From: Octopus sinensis
Lineage: Eukaryota
Length of the DNA: 36,556 nucleotides
Assembly: GCF_006345805.1 (NCBI RefSeq)
Contig: NW_021826215.1
Span: forward strand, 1 to 36,556
Reading direction: 5' to 3'
Shown: in pieces, positions 24,214 through 36,556 of the stretch
Layout of the letters: every line of letters starts with the position of its first letter
Numbering within the stretch: position 1 is the stretch's first letter
The notes under the pieces: generated by a model
Told to the model about the DNA's origin: nothing
Seen by the model: the letters and a program-made list of their open reading frames with translations, nothing else
The model's database searches: none
Position numbers and translations under genes: made by a program

Positions 24214-24542
24214 TCTCTCTCTCTCTCTCACACATGCACACACACACACACTTGTGCAGACAAACATATCTAATAGATTCTCCTACTGATTTCGATGTAT
24301 AGAGTCAAATAACCGTACATAGCTGTTGAAAAACCCACAAAGATTATTTTATTTTAAGTGGCAAAGACTCGAGTAGGACCAGTCAGACTTTTAGGAAATG
24401 CTGGTAGCAGAAAGTCGGTGCCAGGTTTTCTGTTAGAGTTCTCTATCACCTGGGTTCGTTGCCATCGCTACCGGAAGTCAAACCCACCCTCGTATGATAA
24501 ATTAGCACCAAACCAGAAATTCTTAAGTCCTTGTGCATATGC

Positions 24543-24634
<92 letters not shown>

Positions 24635-24734
24635 ATACTAAATAATTAGGGTTCAGCAACGATTTGCCTCACCACACGCCGAATTTAGGAATAGCAGTCA
24701 AAAAGTCTTAGCTATTCCTTCTACTTTAAAGGGA

Positions 24735-25133
24735 GGTGGGGACAAACACAGACACACAAACGTATACACACACATACATATACATACATATATATCACGG
24801 GCTTCTTGAAGTTTCCGTCTACCGAATCCACTCACAAGGCTTTGGTCGGCCCGAGGCTATAGTAGAAGACATTTGCCCAAGGTGCCACGCAATGGGACTG
24901 AACCCGGAACCATGTGGTTGTTAAGCAAGCTACTTACCACACAGCCACTCCTACGCCTTTATTAAACGTTACTTTTATCTCTCTTCAGATGCAATACTTT
25001 TTGTATGTACAAGGCTAGCAATTTCGAAACGAAGGTGCAAGTCGATATCTCTTTTACTCTTTGATTCAGTCACTGGATTGTGGCCATACTGGAGCACCAC
25101 CCCTCTGGTATTTATAAGCCTGATATTTGTTCG
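24735..25133. repeat. Local duplication of 23461-23965 with a ~120-bp internal deletion
   Basis: Shares the SINE head, its unique flank CTTTATTAAA.GTTACTTTTATCTC, and the block TTCAGATGCAATACTTTTTG...GATATTTGTTCG. Confidence 0.9.
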
Positions 25134-25537
25134 GGACTGAAGTTGAAGCCAATTCGTCATGAAGTTACTTCTTAACACACTGCTATGCTTCAAGTCCAAA
25201 GTTCGGAACATGTCCTACATCAGGTCGAATTACATTGCGAGCAACTATCACATAAAGCTTTTTGAGAGCCACTTGTATACTGACACAATTGAAAGCATTT
25301 TGCTTTCTCATGCTATAATTACAATAATGAACGAGTGATCGTTGATTCAACATAAAATATTATCGTTTCAAAAACAGCAGTATCTTTCTTTTTACTTTTC
25401 ATTAGAATTTTTAAACGTTGATGACATTTTTAAAATGCTTGTTTAAATGAACCCATTTCAAGAAAGTATCAAGCGGGCCGCAAGATAAAAGTATGCGGGC
25501 GGCACGCGGCCCGCGGGCCTCAGGTTGGCCAGCTCTG
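25134..25537. mobile_element. hAT (Charlie-type) DNA transposon terminal fragment
   Basis: The terminus reads CAGAGCTGGCCAACCTGAGGCCCGCGGGCCGCGTGCC on the minus strand, with GC-rich subterminal GCGGCCC motifs. Followed by TCCTAGAT, a CTAG-centred 8-mer typical of Charlie targets. No partner TIR found; left edge uncertain. Confidence 0.7.
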
Positions 25538-25743
25538 TCCTAGATATTCTTTAATCCTATTGTTGTCCCTAATCTAGATGATTTATAATCAAATACAACC
25601 TAACCGACACTATTCCCGCCACATACGGTTAAGTATAATCCGCATTTTCTACTCCTAAAACAGTCTTGATGTTTAGTTTGAGGGCGCTTTGGCTGGTAGT
25701 TCTGGCAGATTGAGCGAGCACGTAGAGGCTTCTCTGGCTCATT

Positions 25744-27520
25744 TTGTGGGGTAGCAGTAGTGGTGGTGATAGTCCTAGTTGTGGTTGCATTGAAGTGGGG
25801 GTGATGAAAGTGATAATGATAATGATGGAGATGATGGTGATTTTTCAGAGCGGAGGGAGGGAGTTGATGAGAGTTATGGCAACGTCGGTTGCGATAGCTG
25901 GCGGTGGCATTGGTGAATATAGTGATTGTGGTTGTAGTGGCAGCGGCGGCAGTGGTGGTGGAAGGAGTGATAGTATTGGTGATAGTGGTTGTGGTGGTGG
26001 TAATAATAACGACGTTGCTAATGATGATGTTGCTAATGGCCGTGTTGATTGTTGTTGTTTCAAAGGGTGGTGGTTGGTGGTGGTTTTGGCGGTGGCGTTG
26101 GTAGTGGCAATAGTACTAATAGTGGTGATGCTAGAGGTAGAGTGGTGCCACTACGATAATGGTGGTGATGCTAATGGAGGTGCTGATCGCGGTAGTGATG
26201 GTGGCGGTTTCGATAATGACAATGACGATGCTACGATAACGAGGGCGTTGAGAGGTTTATTCTTGCTGGTGGTATCGCGGCGGTGACAGTGGTAGCAGCG
26301 GCACTAGTGATGGTGGTGGTGGTGGTGGTGGTGGTTGTGGCAGTAATGGTGGAGGCTGGTGGTGACAGCGATGGCGCTATAATACTGATGGTGTTGATGA
26401 TAGCGGTAGTATATATTCGTAATGGTGACTAAGATGGTCGATAATGATGATGAAAGTGTGGCGGGGTCAATGATGGTGGTGATGGTGACAGTAGTGTTCG
26501 TTAATAGTGGTGGTGGCGGTGGTTGCTGCGGATGTGAGAGTGGTCATAATAATAAGAAACAGTGGTGGTGGTGGTGGTGGTGGTGGTGGTAACAGCAGCA
26601 TCATTGATGGTGGTAAGAGCAGTGGTGGTGGAAAGAAAAGAAACAGAAGTTAAAGCCTGAGAGGGCGTCGTTAGAGTAAGGGAGGTGAGAGTGGAGACAG
26701 TCATAATGGTGGTGGTGGTGGTGGTTGTGGATGTTGTGGAAGCGCTGGTAGGTAAAGTTAATTATGATGATAAAGATGGCAGCGGTAAATGCTGTAGTAG
26801 TTGTTGTTATTGTTGTTGTTGTAGTTGCTGTAGGTGATGTTGGTGTTGACGGTGGTGGTTCTCGTATTTGTGACATAATGTTGGGCGAGGTGGAGATGAT
26901 AGTAATGGTGTTAATGCCGGAAGATATGGTTGCGAGTGGTGACGGCGAAGACGGTGAAGGTAGCAGTGCAGGTGTTGGAGGTTATTGAGATGATGGTGGT
27001 GATGGCGACGATAGTGATAATGACGGTGGAGGTGGCGAAGGCGTTGACGACGGTGGTTATGGTGGCGATGGTGATAGTGGAGGTGGAGATGGTGGTAGTA
27101 CGGTTGCTACAGCTACTGCTACTGCTGCTGCTGCTGCTGCTGCTGCCACTGCCGCTACTGTTTTATTTGGTGAAGGTGATGATTATGATAGGAAAAATGG
27201 AGCGTTGATGCTGGAGGTGATAGTGTGAGTAGGAGTGATGTGTTGACTTATATGCTGTTGATGTGGCGATGGTGGTTGTGGTTGTGGTGGTGGTGGTGGG
27301 TGCGACAATGATGGTGGTGATGGTGGTGGTAGTGGTTTACAGTGGTGGGAATGGTGGACGTGATGTGCTGGTAATAATGGGTGGAGGATCGTCGATGATG
27401 GTGGCGCTTCTGTTGACTTTGGTGATGTTTGATGTGGTGGCGGTTGTGACGATGATGGAGGCGGTGTGATGAAGACGGTGGTAGTGATGTTCATGATGGT
27501 GGTAATAGTGATGCTGATGT

Positions 27521-27551
<31 letters not shown>

Positions 27552-29310
27552 GGTGGTGGTGGTGGTGGTGGTTAAAGCTGTGGAGCAGTAGCAGCTAAAG
27601 CCATGCTGATGATAGAGGATGTAACGTTATTGGTGGTGGTGCGTTGACTTTGGTCATTTTCATGTAATAGTGGTGGTGGTGGTGGTGGTGGTGGTGGTGG
27701 TGGTGGTTAAAGCTGTGGAGCAGTAGCAGCTAAAGCCATGCTGATGATAGAGGATGTAACGTTATTGGTGGTGGTGCGTTGACTTTGGTCATTTTCATGT
27801 AATAGTGGTGGTGGTGTGGTGGTGGTGGTGGTGGTGGTAATAGTGGTTGTGTTGTTGGTGCTAGAAGCGGTGTTGTGGTGGTTATTGTCATGGTGGCTGT
27901 GGTAGTAGTAGGTTATTGTAATGATGGTGGTATTGTGTTGACTTTCGTCATTTTTGATGTAACAGTGGAAGTGATGTAGGAGGTGGCAGCGGTGGCGGTG
28001 GCGATGGCGATAATGGAGATGATGCTGGTATTGGAGTTGTTTTAGTTATGGCCTTGGTAGTGGTTGAGGCGGTAGCACGGCAATGTTGGCGTTGGTGATG
28101 GTGGCGAGGGTGATTGAGAGTGTAGGCGTTTCGTTGACTTTGCTCATTGTTGATACAATTGTGGCGGTAACCATGGTGGTGGTGGTGGTGGTGGTGGTTG
28201 TGGTGGTGGTGGTAGTGATGGTTTGTGGCGATATTAATTGTGGTGCAGGTTGTAGTCGTGATTGTAGTAGTAGTGATAGTGGCAGCGATGCTGATCTTGG
28301 TGATGTTAATGATGATGGTGGGTTAACTTTGATGATGTGTGTTGTGATGGTAGTGCTGATGATGGCGGTGGCAAAACTAGCTGCGATTGTAGTGTTGGCT
28401 AAAGTAGTAACATTATTAGTGGTGGCGGTGGCAGTGGTGTGAGGGATTGTAACGATATTCAAGATAATACAGAGTGATGGTGGTAGAGTTGTTGTTGGTG
28501 GTGATTGTGGTGATGGTAGTGGTAGTGGTGGTGAGTTTTTTTATGGTGTTTACGTATATTGTAATAATAACTGCACTGGTGTTGGTTGTATTTATGACTA
28601 TTGTAATTGTGGTAGTGGTGGTGGTGATGGTGGTGGTGGAAGCAGTGATGGAAATGGTGGTGGTAGTGGTGGTGCTGTATTATTACTGGTGGTCAGGACA
28701 GTAATGGCGTCAGCATTGATGGTGGTGTTGGTGATGGTAATCATAGTGGTAGTCGTGATTGTTGTGGTGGAGGTAATATAGAGCTAGAGATGGTAGTTAC
28801 CAGTGGTGGCGGTGGTGGTTGCGGTAATGGTAGTAGCAATAGTAGTGGAGGTTGCTGTGGTTGTGGGAATGATGGTGACGGTGGTAATAGTGGTGGTGGT
28901 GGTGGTGGTGGGTAGGAATACTATTGGCAACAATGATTGATGACAGTGGTCCGTGGTGCGGTAACGTTGTTGTTGTAGCTGTTGTTCTTGTTGTTGTACT
29001 GCGTCTTCACTTCCTTCAGCCTTTTCTTCTTTCTCTACGTTTTTCTTAATCTTGTTATTGCTATTTAGCCCGCGGGTTTGCAATGCTCGAGCAGATCTTA
29101 CGATCAAAGACGTTCCAGATATGACCATCTCTCCTTTTAAGAAGTGGTGGTAGAGCTAGTGGTTTTGATTGCGGTGTTATTGGCCGTGGGTGGTGGGGCC
29201 GATGGCTGTGGAAGTGGCGGTGGGAATCATGGTGATGATGTCATCAACGATAGTGCCAAGAAATTCGGTAAGAGCGATGAGTGTGGTGACAACAGCAACG
29301 TTGTCAAAGA
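25744..29310. repeat. ~3.5-kb G/T-skewed degenerate (GGT/GAT/GTG)n low-complexity tract
   Basis: Direct reading; source of the poly-Val/Met/Thr ORFs. Confidence 0.93.
27572..27805. repeat. Perfect tandem duplication, 99-bp unit, 135-bp period
   Basis: TTAAAGCTGTGGAGCAG...CATGTAATAG is identical at 27572-27670 and 27707-27805, separated by (GGT)n. Confidence 0.95.
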
Positions 29311-29467
29311 CATTTATGTGTGAAGAGACAAAAACAAATAGATAAAGTGAACAAAAAAAAACAAAAAAAAAACAAAGAAATTCTACGAAGCAGAGTAGAA
29401 AAAAATGTCTCGAATAATAATGAGAATATATGACAAAAGAAAATGAAATTCTAACGAGAAATTGTTG

Positions 29468-29945
29468 TTGCGAACGGTAGGTTGGCAGAAGTGTTAGCGC
29501 GTCGGACAAAATGCCTTGCGGTATTTAGTTACGGCCCTTTCCGTTCTTAGTTCAAATACCGCCTAAGTTGATTTCGTCTGTTATTCTTGCGGGGTTGACA
29601 AAATAAAATACTAATTAAGTACTAGGGTCAATTTAATTGACTAACCCCACACGCTAAATTTGTGACCTTTTGCCTAAGTTAGGCCGAGGTCAACTTGGCC
29701 TTAGATTCTTTCGCGATCGATAAAACAAAGTACGTGCCAAGAACAGGGGTTGATGTAATCCATTAATCCCTCCCCATGAATTTGATTCGCTTGTTCCTAA
29801 ACTAGAAACAATTATCAAGGAGAAGAAAATGCCTTCCTGTAGTTGTTCTGTCCCTTTACTTTTTCAGTTCAAAACCCGCTGAGTCACATTTAGGGCTCAG
29901 ATACTGGAGTCGATGTATTCAAGTAGCCCCTTTCTTTCAAAATTT
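29468..29945 (+). mobile_element. Cluster of diverged SINE group B copies
   Basis: GGTTGGCAGAAGTGTTAGCGCGTCGG...GTTCAAATACCGCC; a second CCGAGGTCAACTTGGCC; a third GTTCAAAACCCGCTGAG...GGAGTCGATGTA. Another fragment at ~31485-31640. Confidence 0.7.
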
Positions 29946-30569
29946 CTTTTCATAATACTGAAATAACTTCGTGCATATGACAGAACCACTCTGTCGTGCA
30001 TGTTAATGGACTTACTCTTGGCTAAAATGAGATACATACAATCTGGTTACTTATTTATTCCAGGCCACCTTATATTCTACCGTCAATGTATTCGACATAT
30101 TACATGTTTCAGGTGGTATCTGGTGGGAAGGTCTTGAAATATTCATTATTAGGTTTGGGTTCTGCGCTTCTCAGCCAATGTGGTTCTCGTTGATTATCTC
30201 CACCCAAATCAGTTTTTTTTCAGGTATTATTCATGTGAACACTTTTCCTGCCGTTGTCTTTTCTTTTTTTTTACTTTAAATTTCTTTTTACAATTCATGC
30301 TTTTCTTTCTTCTTTTCTCTATGCTACTTCAACATCTGTTTTATATTTCTTCACGTTCTTGGTGACAGAAAATTGTTTTTCTCATTTTATTTATTTATTT
30401 TTTGCTGATATTTAAAAAGTTTTCTGGTTTCATAAATTCTCTATTTATCTAAATTATATATATATATGCAGAAAGAGAGAGAAAGACAGACAGACAGGCA
30501 AAGAGTCTATTTCAAATACTATATAGTGCATTCTAGTAATAATTTATTTTTCTGTCTAACCTTTCTAGG

Positions 30570-31030
30570 TTACTGGACAGTTCAAAATATTATAACTTAC
30601 TGCTAAAGCATGCGGCTTATTAATGAATATTGCCATTTTTGCATTTAGCTTTGTTTTAATCAAAGAATTCAACAATATTTCTTTCAAACATTTTTTCGCT
30701 TCTATGCCATGTCTTGTTAATTGTTACCTAAGTATTTTGACAATGTGATTACAGTAATTCTAATTTATATAGTATGGTATCAGTATTATTTCTTTATTCC
30801 TTTTCAAAGTTGTCGTAGCACATTTTTCTAATCAATTAATTTAAAGAAACTGTGTACTGTCTGCAGCAGTGTTTCTAGTTGGTTATCTTCTACAGCGAAC
30901 AACTCAAGGCCCACGATATACAAAATCTGGTCGATTGTCCTCACATAGTAATTTTATTCGAATCCAGTCAACTTTAAGATGTTAGTTAAAGCTTTTAGCG
31001 TCAGACAGAAAAAGAGTAATGAGAGGAGGT
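30570..31030 (-). mobile_element. Very old R4/Dong-type RT fragment
   Basis: Minus strand QILYIVGLELFAVEDNQLETLLQTVHSF aligns by eye with LFYMDDLKLYGKDTNLLEGLLYTVKAF of the 20-kb copy, followed by SKYLG and LIKTKLNAKMAIFIN..ALAVSYNILN. Confidence 0.6.
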
Positions 31031-31319
31031 TTTCTTTGAATAATCTGCCTCAATGAAGATTCTCCCCGCAGAATAGTTTGTCATTTACTCATGACGTGTT
31101 TAATATATCTGCTTATTTATTCGTTTATTCATGGCTAATTCTTCTAGGATTCACACTTTCAGAACATTATCAACAGCCTTCTGGAAGTCATTCTATGCTG
31201 AGCTTAGACTCTTCTTTCCCTTTCTCGTTCTGCTGTCTTTGGTTATGGATTGTAGATCAGTAATGACACTTTACAACCATATGAGCCTTTTAGCATCTCT
31301 TCTATAAATAAGGTGGATC

Positions 31320-31358
<39 letters not shown>

Positions 31359-32390
31359 GTATCATTTGTGACACATTAGTAATTATATATTTACAGAAAG
31401 TAAGAATGCTGGTTGCCAGACTACAGAGTTTTGGATGTTTTGTTTCATTTTAGCATTGGAAAATATGCGCTGTGATTTTGCCGAATCGTGGGGATAGCAG
31501 ACAAAGCACTTCTCAATTTTCACCTAAACTACTTTTTCTCTTCTACGTTCAAGTGCATCCAAGATCGACTTTGCTTTTCATCCTTTCATGCATTTGTAAT
31601 ATTAAGACCAAATGAGATAACTGATTGTCGGCTCAGCCGCAAATGGGAAGCCTTATTTGCACGTCAAAAAATATCTCTTTTCTCATATAGTCTAGTGGTT
31701 AATTATCTTGGTCCTCACTCAGCAGGCACAATAAGAAATCATAAAATGGTAACGGATTGGCAAAATTGGTACAATCGCAGTCAAAATACAATGCTTTATT
31801 TAGTTCTCAGTTCAAATTTCGTCGAAGTCAAATATTGAATTTTATGCATCGTACAATGTACATCAGTGACGTATATGGTTCGACATAATCGACTCAGCTT
31901 CCCAATGAAAAGTATGGAGATAGAAATCTTTATTATTATTACCATTATTTTGTTTCATAATTGCCATTGTCATTACTACAGCAATTGTTGTTGCTGAAAC
32001 TTGTTGTCGATTGACCCCTGGTCAATCAAGTCCAGAAGATATAGGGAGAAATACTGATGGTGTTATTTTATGTCTAGACTCACATTTTTCTATGTGTTCC
32101 AACAATAATACGAGCGATCTTTTTTTTAAATGGGAAAAATTAGCAGCGAAATCAAAAGAAACGTTTCACATGCTATTCCCGAAGAAAAGAAAAATTCTTA
32201 TTCGCAATTGATGCTTCAACATAATGCTACTAAGACAGCGACATACCGGGTTATCATTCCGGCATGGATGAAGAACTATGCAAGACATGGATCGCATTGT
32301 GCAAGTGTGTGTGTCTATGTAGAAGTGTGGAGCAGGTTTTGTGAGAGGGTGAGTGATGCATATGTGTATGTGTATATACATACATGCATA

Positions 32391-32426
<36 letters not shown>

Positions 32427-32492
32427 TGTATGTATGTATGTATGTATGTATATATATGCACACATACATAGATACGTATATTTATATATATA

Positions 32493-32532
<40 letters not shown>

Positions 32533-35447
32533 TTATATACAAATACTTATGTAAATACGTATTCTATTAGCAGATATACGCATATATACATTTAGATATT
32601 TATGTATGAATATATATATTATATATATATTATATATACATATGAGTGTCTGTGTTTGTGAGTGTGTGCATGTAAATGTGTAAGTGTTTATATATATATA
32701 TATACGCATGTTAATGTAGATAGACCTGTATTCGTATATACACATCCATCTATACAGGCACACTTATATAACTAAAGGAACACGCTAAGTAAAATATGTG
32801 GAGTATTGTGTTCAATAAGCAGATTTATCTATTGAAAACTTCTATTACAATGAATGCTGTGTCGCAGCATGTTGTTACATAAATCCTAATCGATTACAAT
32901 AGAAGATATTTTACTTTTCTAATACCTTCACAAAGGAACAATCATTCACCAACGTTGTCGACACGGATATCAGATATGATATCTGTCTCTCTGTCTGTCT
33001 ATTTCTCTACATGGTTTTTATGCATGCATGTATAAATACACACACACACACACACACACACACACCACACACACACACACAACGCACACACACACATGTA
33101 TTAGCATATATGTATATATATATATAATATATTATATATATATATATATATATATAAATATATCTGTAATATATATGTACATAATATATATGTATACATA
33201 ATATATATGTATATGTAATATATATAGAGAGAGACAGACAGATGTGTATTTTTATGCATGTACGCTTCTGTTGATGCACGAATACCTATCTCTCTCTCTA
33301 TATATATAACTCCCTCCCTCTCTCTCTCTCTCCTCATATATATATATATATATATATGATAATTAAACCAACTACTATATGTTTGCGTATAGGTATGTAT
33401 ACATATACAAAATACATATGTCTATACATGTAAAATTATATATACATAATTGTATATCATTAATTCGTGTATATATAGATATTCGTGTGTGAATGGAAAT
33501 ATGCATATTATGCCTGTCTAAGTAAGTGTGTGTGCATATATTTACGCACGCATGCATGTGTGCATGTGACTGTAAATCTCCGAATCTCTAATAGCATTTT
33601 TATTAATTTATTTTCCTTAGAAAATAAATAAATGCTTACAATATAAACTTAGTTTTCCATAGAAATATTTAAATGAAGCAAATAATGGCATATTAATTTC
33701 TATTATTTGTTTCATGTAATTATGTATAATTATATATAAAATACACAATTTCTTTTGTGGCAATTATACTTTGAAATATTAGCTTATGGAATAGTGAAGA
33801 AGATCTGTAGGAAATATAGAGAAATATTTCCAAAAACGGAAATATATCCAAATCTACAATTTTGGTATTGTCAGATTCTTACTTCCTATTATTTCTTTGA
33901 TTCACGGTAATTATGCTACAGAAGATGATGTTGATGATGAGGATGCTAATGATGATGATGACGATGATGATGATGGCGACAAAGGTGGGGATAGTGAAGA
34001 TGATGTCGATTATAATGTTCTTGCTGTTGTTTAGTACATGTCAATTCTCTTTAATTCCATCTATGATCAATATGAGTCCATACCGTGACCATTACACCTT
34101 CTTGTGTTTAAAAAATAATGTATCGTAGTCCATCATATACTAATGTATATAATTTTTTTCTTTCTGCTTAGTCGCCTGGTGCGCCCTGTCTGAAATGACC
34201 TATGGTTAAAAGCATTCCAGCTATGACTCTTTTTGTCTCATTTTCCACAGTAATATCTTATATAGCACTGCATTAAGCATCCAGTATGTCCATTCCTCTT
34301 TAAGATTCATACTTGTGTGAGAACTGGTTGTTATTTCTTGCATATTAAGCAGCTATGCAGGCTCTCCCTCGTTTTGTAACATATATAATTCTTATAGTAC
34401 TTCTTGTACTATGAGGGTAACATTGTGTAGAGCTATGATCAAAGGCGTTCTTGGTGTGACAACCCATTTTTAGTTCAATCTCAACGTTTGCCCGTGTAAA
34501 ACAGTAGACTACAAAACTGGATACACTGCATCATTCTTTCTAAGGGGAGTATCTAAGGGCTATTATCTAGCTTGCTGTCAGCGTATAAATTGTAAAGTGG
34601 TTAATGTCAGAGCTTTAAAAGATCGAGAAAAGGGTAAAATATTAATAAGGAAAAAGTTTTCTTAGCTTTTGCTGGTGCACAGAACAAAGAAGTACATTTT
34701 ATAGCAACTTGTGATGTTTATAGCTACTTTGCAATAAAACAAATGTACGCGTTTCTTGAAAGAAGTAGCAGAGAGTGGAAAATATATCCCATATTCTGTG
34801 ATTCTGTAGAGAGAGATATACCTCATCACTTATGAGTAAATCGTTTCGACATGCTAGAAATAACTGCTAATTAAACATCACATAACACTTAAAAAAATTG
34901 GACGTATTTATTCCTAAAACAGGAAAAGAATGCTTCGGCCATGGGCAAGACGTCCTTGACCGTAGGTTTTATTCGAACAAGGTACATTTCAAGAATTATA
35001 CGAGAACACGTTTATTACAAATACTCCATCTTTGTTCCATGATACCAACAATGAAATTATGATAGTAAAGAATCGTTAAGCAATTGGTTCTTTTGTTTGT
35101 CATGTATTCCAAAATATAAACAAATACCATCTTATTTTTTTTCATTTAGACATAATAAATATACTGTGAATATAGCTGTATGGTACGAGGAAAATTTAAA
35201 TTTAAATACAATTATTTATATTTAATGCAAGAATTGCAGCAAAGAATTTTTATTTTAGAAGGAAAATACTATAAAATTAGCAATAATTTCCATGTAAAAA
35301 TGAAAACGTAAATAACACTGATGTATAAAATTGGCATTATTTCTGATGAAAAAATTCATAAAAGTCGATTTCTTTTTTTATTATAGATTTATTTCTGAAT
35401 TTTTTGACTTCCTTTTTCTCTTTCAGAGGTGATTGTATGATATGTGA

Positions 35448-35610
<163 letters not shown>

Positions 35611-35799
35611 ATACCTCTGTCTGTATGACTATATATATAGGTGTGTGTGTGTATGTGCATTTCTAGAATTAGAGATCGTTCTATCAGAAGCACTACGGTA
35701 AATAATCAGTAACTTGTGAGAAAATTATGCAACAACTATGTTATAAATTACATAAATACATAAATGTGTGTGTATATAGTCTTTAATTCTTTTATGCGT

Positions 35800-36018
35800 T
35801 TATTTATTTCAGTCATTTGACTATGGCCATGCTGGAATTCTGCCTTTAGTTGAAAAAACTGAACCCAAGACAAAGTTTGTAAGCCTACTCTTATACCATC
35901 GTTCTCTTTTGCCGAACCGCTAGTTTAAGGGGAAGTAAATACACCAACATCGGTTGCCAAACGATAGTGGGATAAAGAGAAACGAAACAGAAATATACAC
36001 ACACATACATACACACAC

Positions 36019-36056
<38 letters not shown>

Positions 36057-36137
36057 ACTCAAAAGGATTTGGTCGGCCCAAGGCTATATTAGAAGGCACT
36101 TGCACAACGTGCGCCAAGTAGTGAGAGTGAATCCGGA
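35800..36137 (-). mobile_element. SINE group A, diverged, head partly lost
   Basis: TTTCAGTCATTTGACTATGGCCATGCTGG...TTTGCCGAACCGCTAG...GGATTTGGTCGGCCCAAGGCTATATTAGAAGGCACTTG. Confidence 0.8.
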
Positions 36138-36276
36138 ATATATATATGTATATATATGTATATATATAATATATATTTAAATATATATATATATAACTTA
36201 CATACATATATTTACAAGTAATATACCCACTTGCTCACGCACATATAGTCTCATACTTATATATGTACATAAGTCC

Positions 36277-36325
<49 letters not shown>

Positions 36326-36556
36326 ATATATATATATAGATATTGTATGTATGTCTGTGCGTGTATAAAAATAATATATATATATGCATATTTATATAAC
36401 TATATACATATACGTTCGTATAGTTATATATATATAAATAGAATTATAACATATATATGCATATATGCACACACACAACACACACACATATATATATGAT
36501 ATATATGCATATATATATACATATATATACATATAGATATAACATATATATATATA

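Noticed and set aside
25744-29128. Mucin-like Thr-rich or Gly/Val-rich ORFs
   Set aside because: Frames break every 60-180 codons on both strands, and an in-frame stop lies between the repeated KVN anchors.
30113-30280. Open frame GIWWEGLEIF... after TGTTTCAG
   Set aside because: T-rich composition explains the hydrophobic frame, and there is no good donor.
31394-31405. 3-nt microexon (ACAG|AAA|GTAAGA)
   Set aside because: No polypyrimidine tract, and such matches are expected by chance.

Overview
AT-rich (GC low by eye) eukaryotic non-coding DNA, very dense in microsatellites and retroposons. It is most likely from an octopus or other coleoid cephalopod; this is inferred from the SINE types and repeat style, with no database search run. 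No complete protein-coding gene is visible, and almost all ORFs in the supplied track are microsatellite read-throughs. Supported content: (1) a full-length but inactivated cecropia/Hsmar1-like mariner (16078-17356, -) and an internally deleted mariner with both TIRs and TA duplications (572-1143, +); (2) three decayed R4/Dong-type non-LTR fragments (18030-18527 -, 20040-21804 +, 30570-31030 -), covering RT and/or restriction-like endonuclease regions; (3) a Charlie-type hAT end; (4) at least three tRNA-derived SINE groups in many copies, including two SINEs with the same head but unrelated tails; (5) a ~555-bp non-coding element present twice in inverted orientation, each copy sitting in (TTA)n/(TAA)n; (6) a minimal hammerhead-ribozyme motif (1996-2030) in a Penelope-like remnant, plus a degenerate second motif; (7) several local duplications and two long strand-skewed trinucleotide tracts; (8) a few unconfirmed plus-strand exon candidates (8148-8171, 8518-8553, 23075-23284). 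All coordinates and identities were read by eye; the edges of old repeats are approximate.
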